Shown here: positions 12,336 through 23,703 of the stretch, one piece after another | Position numbering within the stretch: the first letter of the stretch is position 1 | How the letters are laid out: each line of letters opens with the position of its first letter | Source: Camelus dromedarius | Taxonomy: Eukaryota | Reading direction: 5' to 3' | Length of the DNA stretch: 64,000 nucleotides | NCBI RefSeq assembly: GCF_036321535.1 | Contig: NC_087436.1 | Location: 110,734,001 to 110,798,000, forward strand | Translations under genes and position numbers: made by a program | Notes under the pieces: model-generated | The model's database searches: none | What the model was told of the DNA's origin: nothing | The model's input: the letters and a program-made list of their open reading frames with translations, nothing else

Positions 12336-12944
12336 TTTCCAATGTTTCATATTCTGAAGGAATCAAGGAATATGAATTTTTTAATTTCATCCTTGTTGGA
12401 ATTAATGCTTCAGTAATAAGATATTATTCTAGCAAATAAGAAATTTCAAATTCAAGTCTGGAAATTTTTATCACTGCAATAAATAGTCTTGTCAAAAATT
12501 AAACAGCTCCATATTTCACTGAAAAATAATTAAATGCGTGAATACTCTTCATTTGCGTATGATTTGCATGAGTTCATTCCAGGTCAACAAAGGGTAGGAA
12601 GACTGGGAAGATGAGATTCAGCCAGCTAGGTGCCAGAAATACAAGAATGTGAGTATCCAAAGAGTCTTAGATGGAGACCTGAGCAGAAAATTGAACAACA
12701 GAAGTGGCCTCTCCCCATGTAAGTATCTCAAACCAAACTTCCTCCACCTTTTGGAACTTGCTGGCACTCCTAAACTGAAATACTGATTTGCCTCTTGTGT
12801 CACTTAAATCATCACAAATGCCTGCAACTTTCAACATGATAATAAGCCTAATTCCAGAAGAGTTAAGATGAAATAAAAGCATGAACAGCCACCTCTGCAA
12901 TATCACTTGGTTAAGCAAGCAGCAGAAGCAAGCAAGCGGTTTCC

Positions 12945-13698
12945 TTGAGGTGTAATTAACATACAATAAACAGCATGTGTTTAAAGTGTACAATTTGACA
13001 AGTTTTGACATATGCATACATCTGTGAAAATGATGCAAGAAAAATGGGGCACGAGAGGATGGCCGCATCCCAGGTCTCGGTCAAGTCCCTGGGACAAGCC
13101 CCACCGGGTGAGGGTCCTTGGCTTCATGCAGAAAAGAATTCAAGAGCGAGCCATAGTAGAGTGAATGTAGATTTACTTAGAGAGATTCATACTCCATAGA
13201 CAGAGTGCAGGCCATCTCAGAAGGCAAGAAAGAGTGAACACAAGGTGCGGGATGGTTAGTTTTTATGGGCTCAGTAACTTCATGTGCTAACAAGTTGGAA
13301 GATTATTCCAATTACTTTGGGGAAGGGGTGGAGGATTCCCAGGAATTCGGCCATCACTCACTTTTTGACCTTTTATGGTGACCCTTGAAACTGTGTTGGC
13401 ACCTGGGGGAGGGCCATTTAGCAGTTTAAGTATTACAATGAGCGTATAATGAAGCTCAAGGTCTACTAGGAGTTGAATCTTCCATCATCTTGGTGCTAAC
13501 TGCAGAGCCATTCTTTTAATGATTGTGCCCTACCCTACCTTTTTTCCTCCTGTGTGAAAACTGTCACCACAATCAGGATAATAAACGTATCCATCTCTCC
13601 CAAAAGTTTCCTCATGCCTCTTTGAAATCCCTCCCTCCAATCTTTCCCTGCCCACCCGCTGCCATCCCTAGGCAACCACTGATCTCCTTTCTATCCTA
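12945..13698 (-). mobile_element. L1MB/MC-type 3' end interrupted by an ERV1 LTR
   Basis: ttgaggtgtaattaacatacaataaa...tgtgaaaa | ctgtcaccacaatcaggataataaacg...ggcaaccactgatct. Confidence 0.8.
13031..13557 (-). mobile_element. MER41-like ERV1 solo LTR
   Basis: gggtccttggcttcatgcagaaaagaattcaagagcgagcc and cattccatagacagagtgcaggccatctcagaaggc-like blocks; interrupts the L1 at gaaaa/gaaaac. Confidence 0.7.
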
Positions 13699-13894
13699 GA
13701 GTTGAAGGTGCACATCCAAATTCTTCAGGCACCAAGTTGAACCACAGGAACCAAATAAAAAGTCATCATAGCTACCTACTCTTCCAAACAGGAGTTTTTC
13801 TGAGCCCCATATTTAAAGTCCAATTTGAATCTGTATTCTTATCAGCTCCACTCTACCTTGGCCATGATATTTATTGACATTGATGCAGGAGTCT

Positions 13895-14052
13895 CCCCCA
13901 CCACAGTGGTACACTTGTTGTGATTAATGAACTTACATTCACACATCATAATCACCCAAAGTTAGGATTTACTCTTGGTGTTTGGACTAATGTATAATGA
14001 CATGTATCTACCTATATAGTATCATATAGAATAGTTTCACTGCCCTAGAATC
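13895..14052 (-). mobile_element. L1MC-type 3' end fragment
   Basis: cagtggtacacttgttg...acacatcataatcacccaaag...agaatagtttcactgcccta. Confidence 0.7.
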
Positions 14053-14059
14053 AATTATC

Positions 14060-16150
14060 TTTTCAACAGATTTTTTAGATGATTAAAAAAATATTTTCTA
14101 TTCACCCCTACACTTGCCATTTCTAGCAATTTTCATTCCTTTCTTTAGGTCCAAATTTCAATTTGTCTTCCTTTTCCTTCTGCCTGAAGAACTTCGTTCA
14201 ATATTTCTTGTAGTGCAGGTCTGCTGGTGATAAATTTTCTATGATTTTGATAATTTGAAAAAGTTATTCATTTGCCTTTAATTTTTAAAGATGCTAACAC
14301 TAGGTATAGTTGACAGTTTTTTCTCTCAGCACTGTATGTTTCTGACAAGTCTTCTACATTCTTATCTTTGTCCCTCTGTATATAATGTCTTTTTTCTTTG
14401 CTTTGGAAGTTCTCTTTTTCACTGGTTTTCTCTAGTTTCATTATGATGTTGACTCGATGTGATTCTTAATATGCTTCTTCTGCTTGGGAATTTTTGAGCT
14501 TCTTGGATCTGTAGGTTTGTAGATTTCATCAAATTTGGAAAATGTTCAATTATCATTTCTGCAGTTTTTCTGACCTCTCTTCCTTCTGAGATTCCAATTA
14601 CTTACATGGTAATTCACCCGATACTGTCCCACAGCTCACTGAGGCTTTTTTCCCCACCCATTTTTCTCATTATGCTTAAATTAAGATAGTTTTATTGCTA
14701 TGTCTTCAAATTCAGTGGTACTTTCTTCTGCAATATCTAATCTAATCCAGTCCATTAATCCCATCTAGTGAATATTTCATTTTAGAGACTATATTTGCAT
14801 CCCTAAAAGTTCCATTTGTGTCTCTTTTATATCTTTCATTTTTCTATTCATCATATTAAAGCTTGAAATGTTTAATATTCTTGAGCATGTTTAGAAGATT
14901 TATAACAGCTGTCAAAGTCCCTCTATAATTCCTTTTTGGGGGGTATTTTTCTATTGACTGATTTTTTTTTTCCCGGTTATGTGTGATATATTTCTGTCTA
15001 TTCACATCTAGTAATTTTTTCTGAATGGTAGACCTCATAAATTTTAACATTGCTGGGTTCTCTATTTTTTTATTCCTTTAAAGACTATTGAGTTTTGCTT
15101 TGGTCCCTCTATTAGTTTCTACTGAAACAATAACAAATCACCAGAAATTTAGTGGCTAAAACACCACAAATTTAATTTCTTATAGTTTTGGAGGCTAGAG
15201 TCCAAAGTGTCTTAGAAAGTTAAGTTGCTGGCAAGTCTGGTTCTTCCTAATGAATTTCCTGCCCCTTCTAGCTTCGGTAGCTGCCAGAATTCCTTGTCTT
15301 GTGACCACATCTCTCCAGTCTCTGCTTCCCTCAGTACCTCGCCTTGTCTTCTTCTGTAATGAAATCTTAGGCATCACCCAAGTAATCCAAGATAATCTTC
15401 CCATCTCAAGATCCTTAACATAATTACATCTTCAAAGGCCCCTTTTTAATAGCAGGTTACATTTAGTTTTCAAGGATTAGGACCTGTATATTCTGGGGAG
15501 CCATTATTCAGCCTACCACAGCACCCAATTAAATAACTTGAAGAGCAAGATTAATCCTTACAATGCTCCCTTTTAAATTCTGTTATGGCAGGTCATGAGC
15601 AGACCTTTAGCTGGGGCTAATTTAACCCCACTATTAACAGTGTAACCCTTCTGAAGATTTTACCAAATCTCTAGAATAATAAGCTATGGCTTGTGGGAAT
15701 ACAAACAATTAGTCCTTTGTGAGCTTCAGAAATCTTCACCTGTTTTTCTTCCAGTGGTTCTTCCCCTAGCCTCAGGCGCTTCCCTCTCTTACATACATGT
15801 GCTAGTCCTTGGCCAAGATTAGAGGCTCATGCGCTTCCCTCCTCCCTCCCCCCCTCACTTTCGCTAGCTCCCTTCTCTCTGTCCCTCAAATTTTAGCTGC
15901 CTTTGCCTCCCTGAATTCTGTCTCAACACAGTGAGGCCACTCTCTGTTTTAGTTCCCCTTTCAAGGAGTAAACCAGGACAATCAAAGGGCTTCCCATGTC
16001 TGTTTCCCTCTCTTAGGCATCACAGTCCTGCACTGCCTATTGTCTAATGTCTGGGAACCATTAGTTCATATATTTTTCCCAGTTATAGTTGTTTCTGGCA
16101 GGAGAGAAATTCCTTTTGCAATTAATCTTTCAGGAGAGGAACCAGAAGAC
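14060..16150 (-). mobile_element. Ancient L1M 5'/ORF1 region interrupted by an MLT1 LTR
   Basis: atatttcttgtagtgcaggtctgctggtgataaatt; tgagcttcttggatctgtagg; ttcatcaaatttggaaa. Confidence 0.7.
15107..15520 (-). mobile_element. MLT1C/D-type MaLR solo LTR
   Basis: attagtttct...taatccaagataatcttcccatctcaagatccttaac...ccattattcagcctaccaca. Confidence 0.85.
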
Positions 16151-16464
16151 TCCATGAGTTGGGTTTTAAACAGTCAATAAGAAAAAGAAAGGCTTGTCAT
16201 GTGATATAAGAGAGTTTAAACCAGTACCTTCTAAAATTACAACTGGGAGAAGCACGCTGACCAACATTCACAGGTGCAGGGTGACGGGTAATCATTTGTA
16301 TTAGGTGAATCCATTCAGCCCAATATTATTTCAACTTAATACCTTGAAGTTGAACACATGCCCTTTTGCCCATGACATAAAGTACTACCAGAACTGATAA
16401 AGTTACTTTCTTTTGCACTAACTAATCTTAGGAAGCAGATTTGAGAAGACAATCTAGCAGATTT

Positions 16465-17040
16465 TTTAAAATTTTAATAAATATAATGTATATTTTAAAA
16501 GACACATCATAAGGATACAGTTTAGTGCATTTTCACAAACTAAGCACACATATGTACCAGCACCCAGGATAAGGAAGAGTCCATTATTGGCATCCCGGAA
16601 GCCCCTGCTCACGATCCTCTCCCACTTTTCTTCTCCCTCTACAATGGTTTCCATAATCCTGACTTCTAACAACATAGATTAGTTTTGCCTGTCTTTATAT
16701 TTTATAAGTGAATTTGTAATTATGTGTATTCTTTTGTGCTTGTGAAATTCATCTATATTGTTATGTGTAGTTGTATATCCATCATTCTCACTGCTGAGTA
16801 ATTTTCCATTATGAGCACAATACAAAGTTATTTATCTTTACCACTGTTGATGAACTTTTAGATTCTCCATATTAGAATTGTTACAAATGATGCTGCTATG
16901 AATATTCTTGTGCATGTGTTTTGGGAAATATGTACATACATTTATGATGGGCATTTATCTAGGAGTGGAATTTCTGGTCATAGGTTATGCATATGTTTAG
17001 CTATAAGAGATACTGCCACCCAATTTTTCCAAGGTGCCTG
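16465..17040 (-). mobile_element. L1ME-type 3' end
   Basis: tgacttctaacaacatagattagttttgcctgt; gctgctatgaatattcttgtgcatgt; ctaggagtggaatt. Confidence 0.75.
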
Positions 17041-17477
17041 TAATCTAGGCCATTTTTAAAACCCAGCAGTCTATTTCAAACAGCAGAGAAGCAACTCCAG
17101 GCTTGTGGACTCTGGAATCTAAGAGATCAGTGTCAACAGGTAAAACTGAATTTCCGTTTCCTCAGCTCACATCCAGGTATAACTTCTTCCAGATAATTTA
17201 AAACCCTTGACAAGACATAGTAAATGCTCACTAAAAACAACTGAACTTAAAAAGCTAAAATACAAGAATTGAGAGTTTTTTCATCTTTGTTTTATAGCAG
17301 CAGAATCCTTTTAATACAAAGCAGTTTTCTGCAAAATCTTTACATGTAGATCCTGTAAAAGCCAGAGAGCTCTGAAGACAACTTTTTGGAACCACAGGGC
17401 TCGGAAGAGCCCATCCAGTTTGAAAACACTGCTATGGTCTATCCTCTTCTAATTAAATGAAGAAACTCAGGCCCAAG

Positions 17478-17479
<2 letters not shown>

Positions 17480-17513
<34 letters not shown>
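17480..17513. repeat. Pure poly(A)34 inside a MIR fragment (~17435-17600)
   Basis: Seen directly; flanks atgaagaaactcaggccca and ggtcacacagccag are MIR core. Confidence 0.9.
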
Positions 17514-17515
<2 letters not shown>

Positions 17516-19605
17516 TTCATGGGGTCACACAGCCAGGTGATGAGAAAGCAAAGGATTAGAATTCAAATTCCTCCTCCTAACCGCAGTGCAGTACACTTTT
17601 TCTCCCATTTGAATGGGATCTTAATCTAGACTCAAATACTGTGATAATCAGGTTCACGCCCAATCCAGAGCAGGTAGAAACAGATTTAAGGAGGCTCAGA
17701 CAACCCACAATTGGTTATTTTCTCTCAACATTTCTTGACACACAGAGTAATGTATTCTTCTACCACGAAAATGAATCCACTCTTACCCATGAGAGGGGGG
17801 AATCGCAAAAGCTACTATACCCAGATGCTAGTTCAAAGCAAAACATGTTTATTGAGTGTGAATGTGGATAATTGAATACTAAATGTGGGCAAAATTTATG
17901 ACCTCTTAAAGTCTCCTGAAAAATAAGCAATGTGTAAATATGCCCTGCCAGTGTGTGCATGTTGTTCCAAGTAGCAGAAGATTGAACTTTTGAATCTGAC
18001 CCAAATATGTTTTAAAGTGTTGAGAAAATGCAATTTGAATTTTGTCCAAGCAATTGACTTTAGATCTGATTTCTAAGGACCTAGAAATCTTGTATATCAA
18101 ACAGCTCTTTTAAAATTTTGCAAAGACTCAAATGAAGCTGAATTCAATTTTCCCCTGAAGAACATACGGACTTTCAAAAAGACAAGGGAGGAGGTGGCTG
18201 GCAAAATATGTTTTCAGTTTTAACACATTTAAAAAAAAAAAACAAAATAAAACAAAAATCATGGCTGGGTTTGCCCTGGCCCATAATAATGACTGCTTTT
18301 CCTATCACTGACCTATGGCTGTTCAAGTTTTTTCTGACTATTTTATATGAAATAATTATTCTTTGTGCTAATAGTACTTGGGCAAGCCTCAGATAAAATC
18401 AACAGTTCCTTGATTTAAAGGAACTGCTGATGTCTGTAAATATCTGAAATAAAGACAATTTCCAGAAACTGACAGAAGTAATTCTGGATTAAGCATCAAG
18501 ATGTTAATTCTAAACTTCAATAGAGAATTTGAGTTTAACTAAAAAGAAGGAGCAGGAGAAGGAGGAGAAAGAGGGGAGGTAGGAAAGAAAAAAAGAAATT
18601 CTAAAATTATTAGGTCAAATCAATGCATTGTTTAGTGGAAAATTGGCCCTTTGGACTCTGGCATGAGAAAGATTCAGTTTTATTATTGAATTCATAGCTT
18701 TCCCAAGAGTGTTTTGGCATTTTTTTTAAACTGGAGCATAAATAAATGAAGGAATTTACCAGAATTCAAGGGGTCCAAACCCTCAATCAACCAGAATTTT
18801 TCAAGCACATATTTATCAAAGAGTTTTTAAAATGACTCTTCCTATCTCTGCCATAGCCTGAGCATGTATTTTGCCCAATCTTCTCAATGTTTCAGAGAGA
18901 TGAATTCAATCACTTGATCAGGACCCTGCCCCCAGGTAGCTAACAAGGATACGCACATGGTTGAAAATCGAAGGTGACTACTTAAGTTAATGTAGGGAAA
19001 GGAGGAAGGAGGAAGTCCTTCCGACTGGATTGTGGTGAAGGGACTGAGATCACGGCTGCCCCATAATGAAATATGGGCCTATGATTTTTTGTGTCACCTA
19101 GCCCGCATCTTACCTCTAGTACCACTGCTTATTCTAGCAGTACCCCTCCAACTGTTTCCACCCTACCCTACAAGAATTTGGTCATTCAGAATCCTTTTGG
19201 CTCCCTGAATGTGCTGACTCTGGAGATATTTCCTCTCCCCGTTTCCTTCTCCCAGACTCGCTCTTCCTTGTTTGAGGACATCAACTACCCTACACAGAAC
19301 TAATCAGCCCCTCCAGTTACTAGTAAAATGCTGGCTGAGTTTACTATTAAACTTCCATGGCAACAGATACTAGTCATTTTATTTAAATTAAAACAACATG
19401 CTTGTGAGATAGTTATGGCTTTGATTCTTCCATTGAGGAAGAAACCATGTTTATGAAGGGAACTATAAGAAAGAATGAAAAGGCAACTAGATTTATGAGG
19501 ATAAGGAATAAGTGACCCCCAATATGGTATGAATTAGAGCTCCCAAATGAGGCTAGTATTAGTCATCCCACCATCACAACATCCATCCTATGATGCTTTT
19601 CCATC

Positions 19606-19954
19606 TGCTGTGGTATGAATGTTGGTGTCCCTCTAAAATTCATATGTTGAATCCTATCCCCTAGGTGATAAAACTAGGAAGTGGGGGCCTTTGTGAGGTG
19701 GTTAGGTTATGACAAAGTCATCATGAATGGGATGAGTGCCCTTATAAAGAAGGACCAAGAAAACTCCCTTGTCACTTCCACATGGAGACACAGCAAGAAA
19801 ACAGCTGTCTAAGAAGAAGGCCTTTACCAGATACCAAGTCAGCTGGCACCACGAACTTGGACTTCCCAGCCTCTAGAACTGTGAGAAATAAATGTGGTTT
19901 ATAAACGACCCAGACTGTGGTATTTTGTTAGAGCAGCCCAAACAGACTAAGACA
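19606..19954 (+). mobile_element. MLT1A-type MaLR solo LTR, complete
   Basis: TG...CA termini; perfect 5-bp TSD ccatc (19601-19605 / 19955-19959); aataaa in tgtgagaaataaat. Confidence 0.92.
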
Positions 19955-20844
19955 CCATCATCAAGTAACTCAGTAAAATGTAAATACATCAGATGTGTTG
20001 ATCAGAGTTCTTAGTCAAAGACAACAGGATCCATTCCAGTTAGTTTAAGCAGAAAATAATTTAGTAAAAAAACATTATGTGGTTCATATAATCTCTGTGA
20101 GACCCAAATTACCAGATTTATGCTACATAATCCAGGATAGATGCAGCTAGATAAATGTGCCTAGAAGAACCATTCTAGCCCCTCAAAGGACTATCCTAGA
20201 TGATTCGTCTCTCTGTGACATACTGTCCTTTCCCTTTGCTTGTTTTCATCTCCAAAAATCTGGGAGTCTTTCAATTGGCAGATCCTAGGTCCTGTGCCTA
20301 CACCATAGCCACAAAGTAGTTTAAGCAAGGTTTCTTTGTTTGTTTTTATTTTGGGTTTTTTTTTTTTTTTTTTTTTTGGCTCTCCAGGCTCTGTAATAAA
20401 GGAAAGCAATTTCCAAGTGGAATAGGATGAGTTTTGAGGCAACAAACATAAATTTTAGTAATTTTTAAGTGAACAGAGATAAAAATTGAGGAGACTTGAC
20501 TGGCTTCTAAGGCAAGCAAAGAGGGTAAAAGAAAAGATCTCCCAAAAGAAGAAACAGGTCTCCAGAGATAGTGTTATTTAAGAGACAATAACAAGGTCAT
20601 TTTCCTGACAATGGTATCCTGGGAGAGGAAAAGATGGACGGACTCAGAGAAAGGCTAGAATAACAGCAGCAAAAATTTCATTTTTACACTACAGCAGCCC
20701 AGCTACTCTCTCTACAAACTATTTCAATCCACTCATAGACAAGCTGAGGCAAAATTTAAAAATGGAATCATCCAAATAGAGATGTAAACTGAGAGAAGAA
20801 AAAGCTGTAGATTGGACAGAAATTGGCCCTCGCCTCCTCAGAGA

Positions 20845-21232
20845 AGACTCTCCAGACCAGCCAGTCTAAATTAACCCCCTCCGAGTCCCTTATGATCATG
20901 TAACTCTGTTGTACTTATTTACTTCATGGCACTATCCTTCTTTGAAATTATTTTGTTCACTTACTTGTCTGGGGGTATATTGTCTGTCTCATCCCATGAG
21001 AAAGTAAGTTCCATAAAACCATGACAGTGTCTGGCCCCACTTCTGTATCTCCACTACCTCAAACAGCTCCCAGTACAGAGTTGGTACTTCATAAAGGTTG
21101 CTCCCTAACAGTGGTAAACAATAATGCTTACTTAACAGAGCTGTTAGGAAAATTAAATTTATCAATGTGTTAAGCACTTAGAAGACTACTTGGGACATAG
21201 TAAGATCTCAGTGAATGCTAGCTATTATCATT
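20845..21232 (+). mobile_element. L2 3' end followed by a MIR 3' end
   Basis: gtaagttccataaaaccatgacagtgtctg...; gttaggaaaattaaa...aatgctagctattatcatt. Confidence 0.65.
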
Positions 21233-22641
21233 TACTTTGGAACAATACCCACATTCTTTGTATATCACATTGGTAATAAATACTCCTTCTAAAGACTTTT
21301 GCCTAATTTACCTATATTCTAAACCTGGATTTTAATTGGAGGACCAATGGTAGTCCCCAGCAGCTCCATGTGGTCCATAGGCTGGTCTTTGCAACATTAA
21401 TGTTTAATGCAGTGTAATAATATACAGTTACATCTGCCACAGATTAATAATTTACATGTGATATTTAATATGAACCAGAATTCAAACCCTTAGTGCATCT
21501 TCAAAAATGTTGCCATCTGGCCCCTAAGTCCTGGGGAATATTTTGTGGTGAGAAGCCAGAAGTAGAACACTATGGTCCAAGGGGTTCTCTGCTTCTCTGC
21601 CCCACTCCTCCCACCAACAGAGGTGCCTTGGGAAACAAGTAATTAATAAAGGTTTAAGACTTTAGGAGCAGATGTCGCTGGCCCCCTAGATGCCTTTGCA
21701 AACTTCTAATTAAAGACTGGTTTGTGTGTTTGTCCACAGAACGTTGCAATCCTGAATGATTGGTATTGCAAGGAACTCTCAGGATATCCTTGGCCCAGCC
21801 CTTTATCTTACAGATGAAAGAAGAGAGATTGAAAGTAACTGATCAAAAATACAAAGACTAGTTTTAGAAGAGCTGGTGCTACAATTCATGTTAATTCTAT
21901 ACTATTTCTAGTTTTCCTGAGTTTTTTCTTGGCTAAGTGTGCCTGAGTTTTTAGAAACAGAATTCATGAAAGTTTTGGGGTTTTTTTTTAAAGCATTTGT
22001 TACTTGCAGTCTCAGGGAATGATTGTCTCATCTCCCTCTTGTGTTCTGCCTTTTGTTTTTTGAAGGGTTCCCCCTGCCTTTGGATTTTCTGTTTGTTTGG
22101 CAATGCCATTACTCAAACTCAAAAGCATGTTCATAAAATAGGAAAGATACATTTATCTACACAATGTTGGGTCCATTATAGGAATTTATCAAATGTTTCT
22201 GGACTTCAACCAAACAATTTCTTTGCAGGTCAGAATGTAATAGCTTAATTAGGAATAAGGTCTAAGTTATTTCCTAAAATGGGGAAGCTTATGTTTTAAT
22301 TATCTATTCCATTTACCCATATGAGGAAGACAGGATATTGTAGTAGTTAAAAGCACTACTTACTTCAAAGTTAAGTAGAGCTGAGTCTGAATTTTCTCTC
22401 CACTTGAGTATCAGTGGAAGTCATTACAAGTTTCAGAAGTGACCTGTTTTCAGACAGCAACTGGCAACTGTGCAGGGAAGGAATCCGACAAAAGAGACGG
22501 GAGGCAACAAAAGGTAAAGAGACCATGACAAGCAGCAGGATGAAGGGCAATAAGTGATCATGTCACTCTATCCTGTTAGCTAGGACCACCAAACATTGGC
22601 AGTAACTGCCATGTCAAATCAGTCCTACCTGGGGAAGGTTG

Positions 22642-22722
22642 AAACACACACATACATACATACATACATACACACACACATACATATACACACACATACA
22701 TATACACATACATACATACATG
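22642..22722. repeat. (CATA)n/(CA)n compound microsatellite
   Basis: Seen directly. Confidence 0.9.
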
Positions 22723-22855
22723 CAGACACGAGAGAGTGTGAGAGCAAGGGGCCCGGGGGAGCAAGGAGGAAAGGGAAGAAAGGAGGGAGGGAAGGAAGAA
22801 AGGAATGAAAGAGAATGTACCCCCAGTGCATTCTGCTCAATGACTGTATATAAAC

Positions 22856-23042
22856 CAGCGGTCTTCTCAATGTGGCTCCCTACTAGAAGCATAAGCATCA
22901 CCTGGAAGCTTGTTAGAAAGATAAATTCTTGGGTCCTCTCCCAGGTCAACTAAATGATAAACTCTCAGATGAGACCCAGCAGTTTGCATTTTAACAAGCC
23001 ATCCAGGTAATTCTGATGCATACTCAAGTTTGAGAACTACCG
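22856..23042. mobile_element. MER5A hAT-Charlie MITE
   Basis: cagcggtcttctcaa...ttgcattttaacaagccatccaggtaattctgatgcatactcaagtttgagaactaccg with terminal inverted repeats. Confidence 0.85.
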
Positions 23043-23043
23043 C

Positions 23044-23094
23044 TGTGTGCATGTGCGCGAGCGCGCGTGTGTGTGTGTGTGTGTGTGTGTGTAT
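23044..23094. repeat. (TG)n/(CG)n alternating purine-pyrimidine tract
   Basis: tgtgtgcatgtgcgcgagcgcgcg followed by (tg)n. Confidence 0.95.
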
Positions 23095-23703
23095 CCTGTA
23101 AGTACAAGGTGTACATAAAGTCCTGGTTCAGTGTCAAAAGTAAACAAATCATGTCTGTGTAACATAGAACAATTTGCAGAATGCAACAGAGGATATTTTT
23201 TCAAGATCTAAATAAATTGTTAATTTGTTCTAATATCTCTATTCCACTTTCTAGGTAATAAACCCTGTGCATAATAGCGGCTATATCCAAATGTATCTGA
23301 GATGATGGTAGACTTGTTGAATGTTAACATTTTAATATTTTAAATCTGAATAAATCCTCTCTCTGTCACATTTTGAAGATTGCTTACATCCTATGTAGAA
23401 GTAAATTTATTACAAATTCCAACGACACAAGAACTTTATGGATACCTTCATATATAATATAAATTTATGTGTATAATAAATATATATTTATAAGGAAATA
23501 TATAATGATTTTTCAAAGTAGCTGTTCTTCAGGATGTATTTTGTGGAACAGATGTGCTGTGATTTTATGAGTGTAGGAGCCTTGGTTACAGCCAGATTTA
23601 CTTATTCCCTCTTCCTCGGACATTCCCCACATTTGCTCATGTACTTTGTCCCACCTAAAATATCCTTCCCAATCTCTTTACAGGTTCTTCGACCCAATTC
23701 CAA

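Noticed and set aside
21672..21695. CTCF-like motif (minus strand ggcatctagggggccag)
   Set aside because: Mismatches at normally conserved core positions; expected by chance in 64 kb
22576..22953. Several overlapping ORFs rich in H/T/Y/V/C
   Set aside because: Translations of the (CATA)n/(CA)n microsatellite
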